Below are positions 38,130 through 51,339 of a stretch of 64,000 nt of DNA, one piece after another. Both the position numbers and the translations under genes were made by a program. The notes under the pieces were generated by a model. The model saw only the letters and a program-made list of their open reading frames with translations, searched no databases and was not told where the DNA came from. The DNA is taken from the NCBI RefSeq assembly GCF_009914755.1, contig NC_060948.1, one strand, 5' to 3'. This DNA comes from the human T2T-CHM13v2.0 reference genome, Homo sapiens. The number at the start of each line of letters is the position of its first letter. Position 1 is the first letter of the stretch.

Positions 38130-41100
38130 TTTCCATTTTACCTCCAGAATTACTTGAATCCTGTAGATCACAATGGCTTGTAGAGCTGGGGAGCCATTAT
38201 TCCTGCTGAACAATCTGGGAAATACACACTGGACCTGGTGACCTATGGCTCTGGGAACACTTCTACTTTCACTGGTCTCCCCCACAGGCTGGACAAAGTT
38301 GAGATATATTCTTTTTCTGCCTGAGCAATTCATTTGAAAGTGTCCTAGCTTGTCACACTAGTAGAAATCAGCAGGTGCCTCTTGGAGATTCCGGCTCTTG
38401 TAGGCCTGTGAAGAGGCCAGTAATGCCTCTTTCATTCTCTTGCGACTCCCCTCTTCTTTCTAGGTCTCCTCTCCCCAGTTCTTGTTTTAAAAGATAAAAG
38501 CCACCCCAGAAAGTCTTTCAAAGTGCTATCTGATCCCACAGCCTGCTTCTGTAGTTTTGTTCTGATATTAGAGGATGGCTGAGAAATAAAGTAATATTTT
38601 AAAATTGTGTATCCCTTAATTAAATTAGGAGATGGAGACACATGTATTGCTAAAGCTTCTCTCAGCCATTCCAAAGAATCTGTGAGTTTTTTTCTAGTTT
38701 GTGATTTCAACAAGAACAGTTCAGAGTAATTAAGAAGTCTTGTTCTGGTTCTTTCGAAGCCTGATAATATGCACAGTAGAAAGTGTTTTTCATTTCTATT
38801 CATCTGTAGGTTTACCAAGGCTTCATTTGGGGTTTTCAAACAGCACTGTTTTTCTTTCTATTGGAAATAGTAATTCTGTCTTCTTTACTCATCCATTTTC
38901 ATCTTTCGCTTCTGTTTATTTTCTGACTGACTATAGGATGTCAGTTGTTCATCTTCAAATTCCTTTGCTGTCTGTACTGCTGCCTGTTTTTCCGCAGTAG
39001 TTGAAATGTGGCTTAAAAGTTGCACTGCATTTCTGCACATAAGAGGAAACAGCTGATTTAAATGTTGGAAAGCCTGTGCATGTCTATCAGGTTCATCAGG
39101 GAACTGTCTTAAGTCCAGCTTTATGTATATAAGTTTACTGTAATGAGAAGGAAATTTAAACCTTAGTAGCACCATATTCATTGTGCATTTGTTATAGGGG
39201 CACCAGTAAAGTTGGAATTTTCCTGGGCTTGCACAACCAGAGGTGTTTTTATACAACTATTCTGAGTCCCAGTTAAAGGAGTCAGATAGGGCACTCAGAA
39301 ATTGCATTTGACAGTTCTCTAGAGATTTCTCTCTTTGACTTTGGAAAATTATGTATTGTAGACTTACCTTGTATGGTTCCCAAAGGCACAGGGGTAATTT
39401 TACAATGTTTACAAAATCTAGGGTTTTTTTGAAGAGCAAAAGGACCTAGCTGTTAGATATTATTGAAATTATGCTTCTTTGAGAAGACCTGTCCTCCTAT
39501 CAGGAACATGGCCACATGGCCACCTTGTTGCCAGTTGAATATCATTATTATTGTTTATAAATTTAGAGACTCAAGGTCAATGGAGTCCCAGTGCTCCCAA
39601 GTGCACTCAAGGGGAGTGCAGTCTACAGATGTTTTGTTGCCATCTAGAGACAGAGGGTAAACAAGGTGTCATTCAGATGACTTCCTCCTTTTGGTGTTAC
39701 ACAGGATAAATAGAAAGTGTTACAGTATCCTTTTTCATCTTTTTCCTTTGTCTCATCTGTGCCCCCAAAACTGTAATAGGTGCTGCTCAGAAATGCAAGC
39801 ATAGCTTTTACACATATATCTGGAGGAGCTAGTCAGAAGCACTAGCCACACTCACCTGTGCAAAGCTGTAGCTTTCTGCCCTCCTTTTGTCCTAGACCCA
39901 CTGGACCCCAAAGGCTTGAAAGTTACCCCAGAGGCCTTGCAAATGTTATGTAGTAGTAAAATTTGTTCTAGACATTTTAATAGAGGAAATGTCTTCATAC
40001 TAACTTTGGCTTTGGTAACTATGTTCCCAGTGAAACATCAGAATCTCAGAGAATGAGACAGATTGACTTTCAAACATTTTAAATCCAAAATTATTGCAAT
40101 GCAGAACAGGTGGCTTAAAACTGTAGAAACTGAATGGCTGAATGGCCCTTCATTAGATGGTGAAAGCAAAGAGGCTAAAATCTGCTCTTTAACATTGTTT
40201 TTCTCCCAATAATTAATAGTGGGGGCTGCCTGTTTAAAGATAGGATATGTGGGCTAATCACTGATGACAGAATGTAAATGGGAAAAGAATTTCAAAACTG
40301 TAAGTTTTGGACAATGGATTCACAAGGCTCCAGGTAGAAAAGAAATCTCATTTCACGAGGGAGTGATGTAAGGTTAGAAATGCTATGTTAAAATTTCTGA
40401 CACAAAATTCTCTTTATTCAAAAGTTAGAAAGAGAGATTTTGGGTTAGATAGGTTGTCTCCACTAAATGCCCCCCAACAGGCAAAAATTAACTTGTCTCT
40501 TGTAACTTTTATGTGAAGGAAAATAATATCTTTGTAAAAAATTCCACATAAAGGAAAGAGTATTTACTTGCAGTCAAATCCCTCCCATACAGTGCCACGA
40601 TTATCTGTTATTGAGGGACAAAAAGGCCCTTTTATAGGTAACAATTTATAGTGAAATCTTGAATTCCCCTTGTTTCACAGAAATCACAAAAACAAACCTT
40701 TTTAAATTACACTACTAATTACTGAGACAAGGAGTAACTGTGTTAAGCAAACCTGTATACCTAGTATACCGAGGCTGTAAAAATGCCCACAACGCTGCAT
40801 AGAAAAAAAATATGAAAGATATTATAGCTGTGAAAAGAAAAATTTTAAATTCAATAGATAAAAATGGGAAGTCCTTGTGTTAATGGCCTGACGAGTTGTC
40901 ACAGACCAGAATTAGTCTAACGATAATCAGATAACACTGAGATGTAGCCTCAAGCTGAAACTTTTAGTGTCCCTGGGATCTCCTCTACATCTCATGTGAC
41001 TGCCAGGCTCTTTATGAAAAAAAAGTCTTGAAATAAACAAAACATTTTTGAAATGAATTTGGAAGTTTAAAGTCTATTTTTACCATTCTGATGAATTGTT

Positions 41101-42010
41101 TCCTTCACAGCCCATGCAGAAACATATGTATAGTCTCACCAATGCACCAATATATGTTGCAGTCTCACCAATGCACCCAGATGTAAGAGTATCCCTTTGT
41201 CTGTAATTATACCCAAAGATCTTTCCTTTAATAAAAAAAAAAAGAAGCTGAGAAACAAAGTTGAGATTAAAGAAAAAAAAAGCACAAGAAGAAAGCTCTC
41301 TGCCAATCAAAAGAAGGACTCAAATGTGTTTCCCACTATGAGGTTGGGGTTCAGGGTTATTACAAACTAGCAAGAGAAAGAAATGTTTTTAGTCAATGGG
41401 CTGCTTTGAAGACCATGCAATTTAACTTGGCTCAGGGTCTTGGCCTGAGAATAATTCGAAAGCTTAACCCAAGAAATCTGCCTAGAAATAATCAGGAGGT
41501 GTAGTCATAATTTATAGCTGCTGCTCAGCTCATCCCATGACCTATCAGGAGCTGACGTAAAAGCTTGGGTCAAAAATTTGGCCCAGGCTTAATCAGGAAC
41601 TAAAACAGTAATTTATAAAGGCTGGGCTCACAGTCCAAAAGGAAACAAATGTGCCAACCAGAAGCCACCAGGACCCACTGTGTTTATGCCAAAAAAAAAA
41701 TGGACAAGAAACTACTTCCTGGGAGCCAACCGATTACACAAATACAAGGGTATTTTTGAGCCATGGCTGGTTCTCTTATCACAATGAGCCAGAGTTTGCA
41801 CAAGACTTTTCTCTGAATGGACTGAAGATTCTTCTGTCTGTGACAATACGGATCTTGAGATACAACCCTCTGTGTTAGTTATCTTGTTGGTGTCTGCAGA
41901 CTGATTTTTTTAAGGCTGCTTATGTGTTACGTGTAAATGAGAAATGAACCTGCAGAACGGTGGTTTTCCAGGGACACTTTCCTTGCTGCCTCCCTAACCC
42001 AAGCTAGCTT
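38130..42010 (-). mobile_element. ERV1-class remnant: LTR-like (~41250-42010), leader, decayed gag (~38300-39650)
   Basis: ORF 38885-39256 reads LDLRQFPDEPDRHAQAFQHLNQLFPLMCRNAVQLLSHISTTAEKQAAVQTAKEFEDE (capsid-like); ORF 38432-38839 reads YFISQPSSNIRTKLQKQAVG. The leader is homologous to 27600-29000. Confidence 0.7.
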
Positions 42011-42029
42011 TCTTATCTCAGTAACACTG

Positions 42030-43040
42030 TAAAGAGCCTCCTGAATGTGGGTACTTCAGATTTTACAATAGGAAACATGAGGAGGCACAAAAGAAGAAGA
42101 GTAAAGACAAAAGAAGAACAGAGACTCTAGCTAATGCAATACAGTTTTGTAAAAATCCAAGTCCCTGAGTGGCACCTGCTAACTGCTATCAGTGTGGCAA
42201 GACAGGACACTTTCCCAAGAAATGCTGAGAAAACAATAGAAAGCCACCTCAACACTCTCCAACCAGTGGTGGTGACCACTGAAGGGTGTGCTGATTAATG
42301 AGGCATGCACCACTAAGTCCAGGACCAGTCTCACAAATGGTCCAGCAAGACTGAGAGTTCCTGGAGATCAATTCCCCAGCTCTAACAGCTGCCATAGTCT
42401 TTGGGTTCCAAACTCTTCAAAATCCTTGGGTGATTCTGAAGGTGGAAGGGAGGAAAGTAGACTTCCTTCTCAAAACTGGAGTGGGTGTCTTTGTTCTGCT
42501 TTTCAATCTAGGCTTTCTCTCCTCCCATAATGTGACAATGATGGATGTGTCAGCAAAAGTCCTTTATGGAATATTTTCTCAGCCCATTAGTTATAGTTGA
42601 AACAACCTTCTATTTAGCCATACCAATTTAATAATTCCTGAAAGTCCCACTTTATTACTAGGTAGAGATATTTTGGCCTATATAGAAGCCTCCATATGAA
42701 TGGCTGCAGGATAAACTCTTTGTCTCCACTAAGTGGAAACTAATATTAACTAAGAAGTATGGGATGTCCAGAGAAATGTTGCTGGGCTACAACCACTGTA
42801 TGCATCTGTATTTACATTAAGGATTGCACTATTTTTTTTCTGACCAGAGGCATTATTTCCCAAACCAGAAGGTAGAAAAGGGCTAGAAGTCATTATAAAT
42901 AAGCTATAAAACAAAGGCCATTTTAGACCCTGCAACAGTCTTTACAAAACCCCAAATATCAAAGAAGGTCATTTTTTAACATGCCCAGAAATCCCATTTG
43001 CTTGGACCTGAAGAAGGAAAAAGTTTAACCAACGCATAGG
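42030..43040 (+). mobile_element. ERV1 gag-end/protease/RT-start remnant
   Basis: CCHC zinc knuckle NCYQCGKTGHFPKKC (42181-42225); protease-like VILKVEGRKVDFLLKTG and IIPESPTLLLGRDILA. Confidence 0.75.
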
Positions 43041-44040
43041 TATTAGGGAACCAGCCCCCGATATTTCAACCTCAGTTCTTTTCTATTTTCCATAAGTGTC
43101 AGCCAGTCTGAGAAATAAAAGGATAGGTTAGAAAAAAAAGAAAGAATTTTAAAGCGGTGTGTCTGGCAGAGACATCACATGTCAGCAGGTTCCGTGATGC
43201 CCCCTAAGCCAAAAACCAGCAAGTTTTATTAGCAATTTTCAAAGGGGAGGGAGTGTACAAATAGGGTGTGGGAGACAGAGAGCACATGCTTCAGAGGGCA
43301 ATGAAAGATCACAAGGCAGAAGGTCACGGCAAAATCACAACAACAGGGTGAACCTAGAATTGCTAATGAAGTTCCATGTCCTGCTGTGCATGCATTGTCA
43401 TGATAAACATCTTAACAGGGTTCCAGAGCAGAGAACTGATCTTCCTAGAATTCAGCAGGCTGGAATTTCCTAATCCTAGCAATCCTGGGCTTGCTGCAGG
43501 AGGCCAGGGTGTGTTTCATCCCTTACCTGCAACTGCATAAGGCAGACACCCCTAGAGCGGCCATTTTAGAGGCCGCCTCCTGGGAATGTGTTCTTTTACC
43601 AGGGCTGTTAATTACTAATATTCCTTACTGGGGAAAGAATTCAGTGATATTTATCTTACCTGTTTTTGGCAATAAGACAAATATGGTTCTGTCCTGCCCA
43701 GCTCCCAATCAGTCAGACCTAATGGTTATCTCCAATGTTCCCTGAACATCACTGTTATCCTGTTCCTTTTTCAAAGTGCCCAGATTTCATATTGTTCAAA
43801 CACACATGCTTTACAAACAATTTGTGCAGTTAACACAATCATCACAGGGTCCTGAGGTGACATACATCCTCAGCTTACGAAGACGATGGGATTAAGAGAT
43901 CAAAGTAAAGACAGGCATAGGAAATTATGAGAGTATTAATCTGGGGAACTAGTGAATGTCCATGAAATCCTCACAATTTATGTTCTTCTACCACAGCTTC
44001 AGCAGGTCCCTCTGCTTGGGGTCCCTAATTTCCTGCAACA
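43041..44040 (-). mobile_element. MER11 solo LTR (HERV-K HML-8 family), ~1 kb
   Basis: Minus strand begins TGTTGCAGGAAATTAGGGACCCCAAGCAGAGGGACC...GAAGAACATAAATTGTGA and ends GGGGCTGGTTCCCTAATA. Confidence 0.85.
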
Positions 44041-44049
44041 CATCAGTAT

Positions 44050-45600
44050 TTGGAAGTAAAACCCATGGTTGTGCTTGGTTTTAAGAGGTTTTATCAGAGG
44101 TTCCTCATGAAGAAAATTTCATCAAAACCAGTGTACAAAGCCTATTTAAGAGCAATTATTTGGCCCACAGTTTATGCCAATAGTTATTTTAACTATCAAA
44201 TTATAGACCATTTTGCTGTCAACCCAGGCCTATTATATTTGTTTTTTACAGAAATGAACAAGGAAAATAGAAAAATTTGTTTCAAATCTTACATTGGCCA
44301 TTGTCTTCTAGTCTCATTAGTTGTCTTTAGAATTTGCCTGTAGTTTAAACTAGCCCTGTTAATTTCTGTGAGCCAGTCAGAAATCTCCAGCTACAGCTGA
44401 GTAGAAAACATAAAAAAGGTTAACATTTTAAAGTATGTAACAATATTTTCTTCTGGGCAATTATTCTACAAATCGTGCCGGGTAATGAAAGTAAAGTGTG
44501 GACTCATAGTTAAGGGGTGTTTGTCTTTGTGGGGATAAGACTAAGGACGCTAAGCAAAGCCAAGCCCTATACATCTACAATTCTCTGGCATAATTATAGC
44601 CCTCAGTTTTCGGGGCATGTCAGCAGCCTCAGAATTTTTAAGCTGTTTATTGCCTCAGCTCATCTCATTTTAAAACACATATTTTTATAACCCAATTTTT
44701 TTCTTCTTACATAGAGGAAATCAAATTCCAAATGGTACTGGAAATGAAACCACTTATGAAAACACCGTGTTTCTGTGAAACCTTATCCTGACCTCAGGCA
44801 GAGCTCCAGCTGTTGCGTTTCATTGCACAACCCCTCTCCCTAGCAGGAGGTAGCTAGAAAGATCAATTCTGTCTAACAGCAGTTAGTTAGGTAGTAGGGT
44901 TGGTCTCTCCCTAACAGCAGAGAAAAGTTAGGTAGTTGGGGGGGCCCTTGGTATAACTTCTAGGAACAAAGATCCAGCTTACTGAAAAATAGGCTACAGA
45001 CACATATTAGTAAACTCACACAAACCTTCAGCCCACTCACATGAAGAAACGCAGTCCGACATAGACAGAACTTTGTTCTTTGTGCACAAATATATGCTCA
45101 CAAAGAGACTGATTGAAAAACAAGAACAACAAGAAAACACCCTTGTCTTTTGTATAAGCAATGGACTTCCAAAATTAGTGGCTTTTTTTTCGGTGAGGAA
45201 AGTACACGGTGGGCGACAATAAATTTTAGTGGGCACTTTTCTGGACATGCTTTGGAATATAACCTGAAGTGGTATGAATCATCACATCAGCCTCTGATTA
45301 GTCATGGGTAGAGGTCGTGAGCCAAGCTTTCACATCAGCACTTGTTTTGTCCCAAGCAAAAGTCCAAAGCCAAGCTGAGTAATGCTTTTTCCGAGATCAA
45401 TCATCACATTCTTCCATCTCCCAGTACATGAGGACCCCAAACACCAGGGTGACACTGGACAACCAAATTGGGTTTCCACCGTGGAGAGCCATTTTAATTT
45501 CCTTCTTAAACTTCAGTGCTAACTTCACTTTGTGTGCACGTTCCTCAAGTTTTTGGACCCCAGATAAATAACTCTTTGTGATGTCACACAGTGAGAATTT
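44050..45600 (+). mobile_element. ERV1 internal 3' region and LTR (~44900-45600)
   Basis: The LTR part is colinear with 26520-27190 and 47330-48050 (CAGCCCACTCA, AGCCAAGCT, CCCAAGC). Confidence 0.55.
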
Positions 45601-45619
45601 GCTACATGTGGTGAATTGG

Positions 45620-47220
<1,601 letters not shown>

Positions 47221-47593
47221 TGTCAGATAATTTACCTTCCCACTTACAGAAAATATCTAGATGTTGGATAGAATTGAGAGAGAAAATTTAGGTACATAGG
47301 ATGGATTCTTGCTAAAACTACTTTGAACAAAGAAACAGGCTAAAATACCAGGCTTCAGGCAGATTTTTAAAAAAACCTGAACAAATCTGCAGCCCACTCA
47401 TATAAAGGAACAAAGCCTAACAAACAAATATTTTTTGCACTTTTTTGTTACCTAAAACATGCCAACAGGTAATCTGATAAAATAAGAATATTCTGCATAA
47501 AAATACTTTTCTTCTTAAATAACGCACGTACTTCCAGAAAATCGTTTCTATTCCTTTTACACAGGGAGCTTCAGTGTGCTTCAGTGGGCACTT

Positions 47594-47821
47594 TTCTTCT
47601 TCTTCTTCTTCTTCTTCTTCTTCTTCTTCTTCTTCTTCTTCTTCTTCTTCTTCTTCTTCTTCTTCTTCTTCTTCTTTCTTCATCTTCTTCTTCTTCCTTC
47701 TTCTCTCCTTCTTCTTCTTCTTCTTCCTCCTTCTTCTTCTTCTTCTTCTCCTCCTCCTCCTTCTTCTTCTCCTTCTCCTTCTCCTTCTCCTTCTCCTTCT
47801 CCTTCTTCTTCTTCTTCTTTC
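47594..47821. repeat. (TTC)27 followed by a compound TTC/CTC/(TTCTCC)n polypyrimidine tract
   Basis: Pure TTC from 47594 to 47674, then interrupted variants. Confidence 0.97.
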
Positions 47822-48136
47822 TGGATATGCTTTCTACTGTGAGCTGAGCCACTACAAATTTTTACTTCAGCTACTTTTCAGTCCTGGGTCAAGTTTCTGA
47901 GTCAAGCCAACTAGTACTTTTTCAAGACTAGTGAGCACACTCTTTTCTTAATTCATAAAAACATCAGAACCTGCCTTATAGTGAGAAACACATCTGTCTC
48001 CTATATGTGCTGTGAACAGTCATTTTTTTCCCTGTTAAGTAATCAATCTGACTTCATTACAGTGAAGAAAAAGAAAGTCTGATGATACTTCAAAGTAGCA
48101 GACTGATATGTACAGTGGCATGCCCACATGACTGCA

Positions 48137-49095
48137 AAAGTGTGCATCGGAACACACTGAAGACCACTGGGTAAAAGAAATAGAGACTATTTTCTGGAAG
48201 AGAAGCGTTTTTATGCATACTATTCTTCTTCTTTTATCAGATTATCTGTAGGCATGTTTTAGGCCAAAAAAATAATTACAAAAGAGTTTATTTATAAGGC
48301 TATGTTCCTTTATATGAGTGGACTGCAGGTTTGTGCAGGATTTTTTTTTTTTTTAATCTGCATGAAGCCTGGTATTTCAGTCTGTCTCTTTGCTTAAAGT
48401 AGTTGTAGCAAGAATCCATCCTATCTACTTAACTTTTTTCTCTCAATACTATCCAACATCTAGATATTTTCTGCAACTGAGAAGGCAAATTGTCTGAGGT
48501 GCCATATATGTCAGATTTCTTTGTCCCGCAAACAACCCAGATATTTGTAAACATTGTAATGTTGACCATGCCTTCTTAGCACATCAGACTTGTCTATAGT
48601 GAACAATTCTAAAACATCAGAGAAACAAATCCCCAGGCAACCCTCAGAAGAAACTTCGAGATGTTCCACCTTTTCTTGTGTCCCCCGACAAGGGACTCCT
48701 GTAGTCACTTTATCATCCTCAGATTCTTCAATTCTCCCAACCGACCTTCCATTAAACCACTAACCCTAAAGAAAATGACCAAAAAACATGTTGCCTCTAA
48801 ATTCCTGATTCTCTTTTTATTACAAGACTTAAAACAGATAGACTGGGACCTAGAAAAGTATTATGATAACCCGGATGAATAGAGAGAGGCTTTCCAAAAT
48901 CGTTCCCGAATTTTTATTTTGCATGCTCACATGTTATGTCACTCCTAAGGCAAATCTTAAGTACTGCTGAGCAACAGGAAGCCACACAGGGAACAGAGAG
49001 ATTCAGAGACAAATAGCATGTTTAACATAGCCAGGCAAAGAAGAAAACCAGTCCAAAAAAAAAAGTGGAAGACAAACCAAAGCCCCATTTTCAAT
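48137..49095 (+). repeat. Right arm of an inverted repeat (LTR piece plus gag remnant)
   Basis: Reverse complement of ~46313-47594 without the Alu (e.g. TATCCAACATCTAGATATTTTCTG vs CAGAAAATATCTAGATGTTGGATA). Confidence 0.88.
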
Positions 49096-49139
49096 TTATA
49101 TATATTTGCTACATGTTCTGAGAAAGCAATATATTACAA

Positions 49140-50480
49140 TACTCAGTAGGAGTATAGGAGCACTTCTTCAAATTCTTTGCTTTACTTTTATTTCTGAGGA
49201 TTTTGTCCTAAGTTTATTTTTCCTGTTTGTACTCACAAGCAAACAACACTGAGCCAGTGTCAGCCAGTTCAAATCAAAAAGATGACTTCCAGCCTTATAA
49301 GACTCAGGTGACAGGCCAGATAGAGAGAACTTTGACAATCCCCCAACATCCTCAGTTGATGAAAACTTTGGCTCTGTTCCAACTCACTTTCCTTCACAAA
49401 GCAGCTTATGCATGCAGAGACTTACAATCGGTCTTGAGACAATTGAAAGTTTCTGGCCAAGGCTACAGCTCAGTGTTATCTAAAGCCTTCTGAACTAAGG
49501 CCAGTCAATGACAGTCCATCAGGGTGATGGCACCAGGAATTCCAGAATTTTCTATTTTATTTTCTTGCCTTTCCGTTTATGGCAATCATGTCTCTTATTT
49601 TCTTCTTTTTATGCAATGTTGCAACCAGGAAATATATTCTTATTGGGTGAATTCAGTTGGTGATTTAGTAATCAGGAATATTATTCAAATGTTGCTGTTT
49701 TGGTGGTGTCTTGGAAACAAACGAAATTCGAGTTTTTAGTCTAACTTTTAACTTGGTAAAAACCTTTTTGGGAACCAGCGATAGACATTTAGAACACTGT
49801 AAAAGAAGTTTTCTTACCCCGAGGGAATACTTTCTTCTGCATTTTTTTCTTCTCCTTTTTCACTGTCCTATTAATCTAAGAGGCATAGTGTAGGGAACGT
49901 TTATCAAGCCCTAACCCTTCTTTTCTAACTTTTGACAGAAAAGTGTTTGTAATCAGAGTTTTCATCTAATATTTCAGATCCTACAGTGCCACTTGTTAAG
50001 ATAGGATTTTTCTCTATATAGAGTCTTGTCAGCCCTTTGCCTAAAATGTCTGGTTTCCAACTTTCTCCCCCTGCAATGTCTCAATGACAATTATAAGACT
50101 CTATGTCCCATCTCTAAGCAGAAAATCTCCACTTTCAACAGTCAAAAAGAAGCTGCCCTTGACAAATTACAACCTCATTGCTGATGTTTTTATAAAAGAA
50201 GGAAAGGAATGGAATCTTTTTTTTTTTATTTTTGAGGCAACCGTTCTGCATCCAGCTACATTAATATCTAAATAAGAAGAGAATGTTAAGTTTCAAAGTC
50301 AATCCGTCTTATTTATGAGGATGTCAATGTTTTGCTAGGACCATAGTATGGGAAAACAGGGATAATATAAAGACTCAAACTCTATTAAAGACTGTTGCTT
50401 CACTGTAACTACCGCATAATCTTTCTTAGGCTTCCCCCATGTACCTGGAAGTTTTTGGGTTGAATGGACTCAGGAGACAA
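49140..50480 (+). mobile_element. ERV1 leader/internal remnant (third copy)
   Basis: Colinear with 27600-28980 (AGCAAACAA...GCCAGTG; CAGAAAAT.TCCACTTTCAA; ATAATCTTT..TAGGCT..GGGTTGA). Confidence 0.6.
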
Positions 50481-50491
50481 AGATGGAATTT

Positions 50492-50492
<1 letters not shown>

Positions 50493-50534
<42 letters not shown>

Positions 50535-51257
50535 GCATACATACATATATATACACACACACACACGTAATTAGGAATTACACATATACACACATATACA
50601 CACATATACACACATATATACACACACATATGTGTATATATGTATGTGTATGTAATATATACACATATGTGTGTATGCGTATATATACATACACATATAA
50701 ACAGAGAATACATATATACTTACATATACACACATATCTGTGTGTGTATGTTTGTATATATATGCACATGTGTAATATATACGCATACATATGTGTGTGT
50801 ATGTGTATATGTATATACATACGTATACAAGTACCATGTATATACACATACCAGAGTGTATAGATATACATACATAAACTCTGGGTATTACATATATGTT
50901 ATTACATACAGATATACACACACATACGTGTGTGCATATGTGTATATGTGTATATACACACAACTATACATATATACACACATATACATATATGTATATG
51001 TATACACACAAACATGTATATGTAGATATATACACACATATACATATGAATGTGTGTATATATATATATGAATGTAATACAAACACATATAATACCCAGA
51101 GTTTATGTATGTATACCTATACACGCTGGTATGTGTATATAGATGTACGTATATATACACATATCATATATGTGTATGTGTATATAGATGTATGTATATA
51201 TACACATATCATATATGTGTATGTGTATATATATGTGTATGTACATACACACACAGA
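50493..51257. repeat. ~760-bp alternating purine-pyrimidine (TA/CA/TG) low-complexity block beginning with a pure (AT)n run
   Basis: Direct reading. Confidence 0.95.
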
Positions 51258-51339
51258 CAATTTAAAATATTAAGTAGCATGAACACAAGTGTAAAGTTTC
51301 AGCAAATTTTAGTATATAAAAACAGACCATTTTGCCCAC

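Noticed and set aside
43035-44046. TSD for the MER11 LTR (CATAGG / CATCAG)
   Set aside because: Two of six positions mismatch, so it is not convincing.
47417-47900. Poly-E/R/S/F/L ORFs
   Set aside because: These are translations of the TTC microsatellite.
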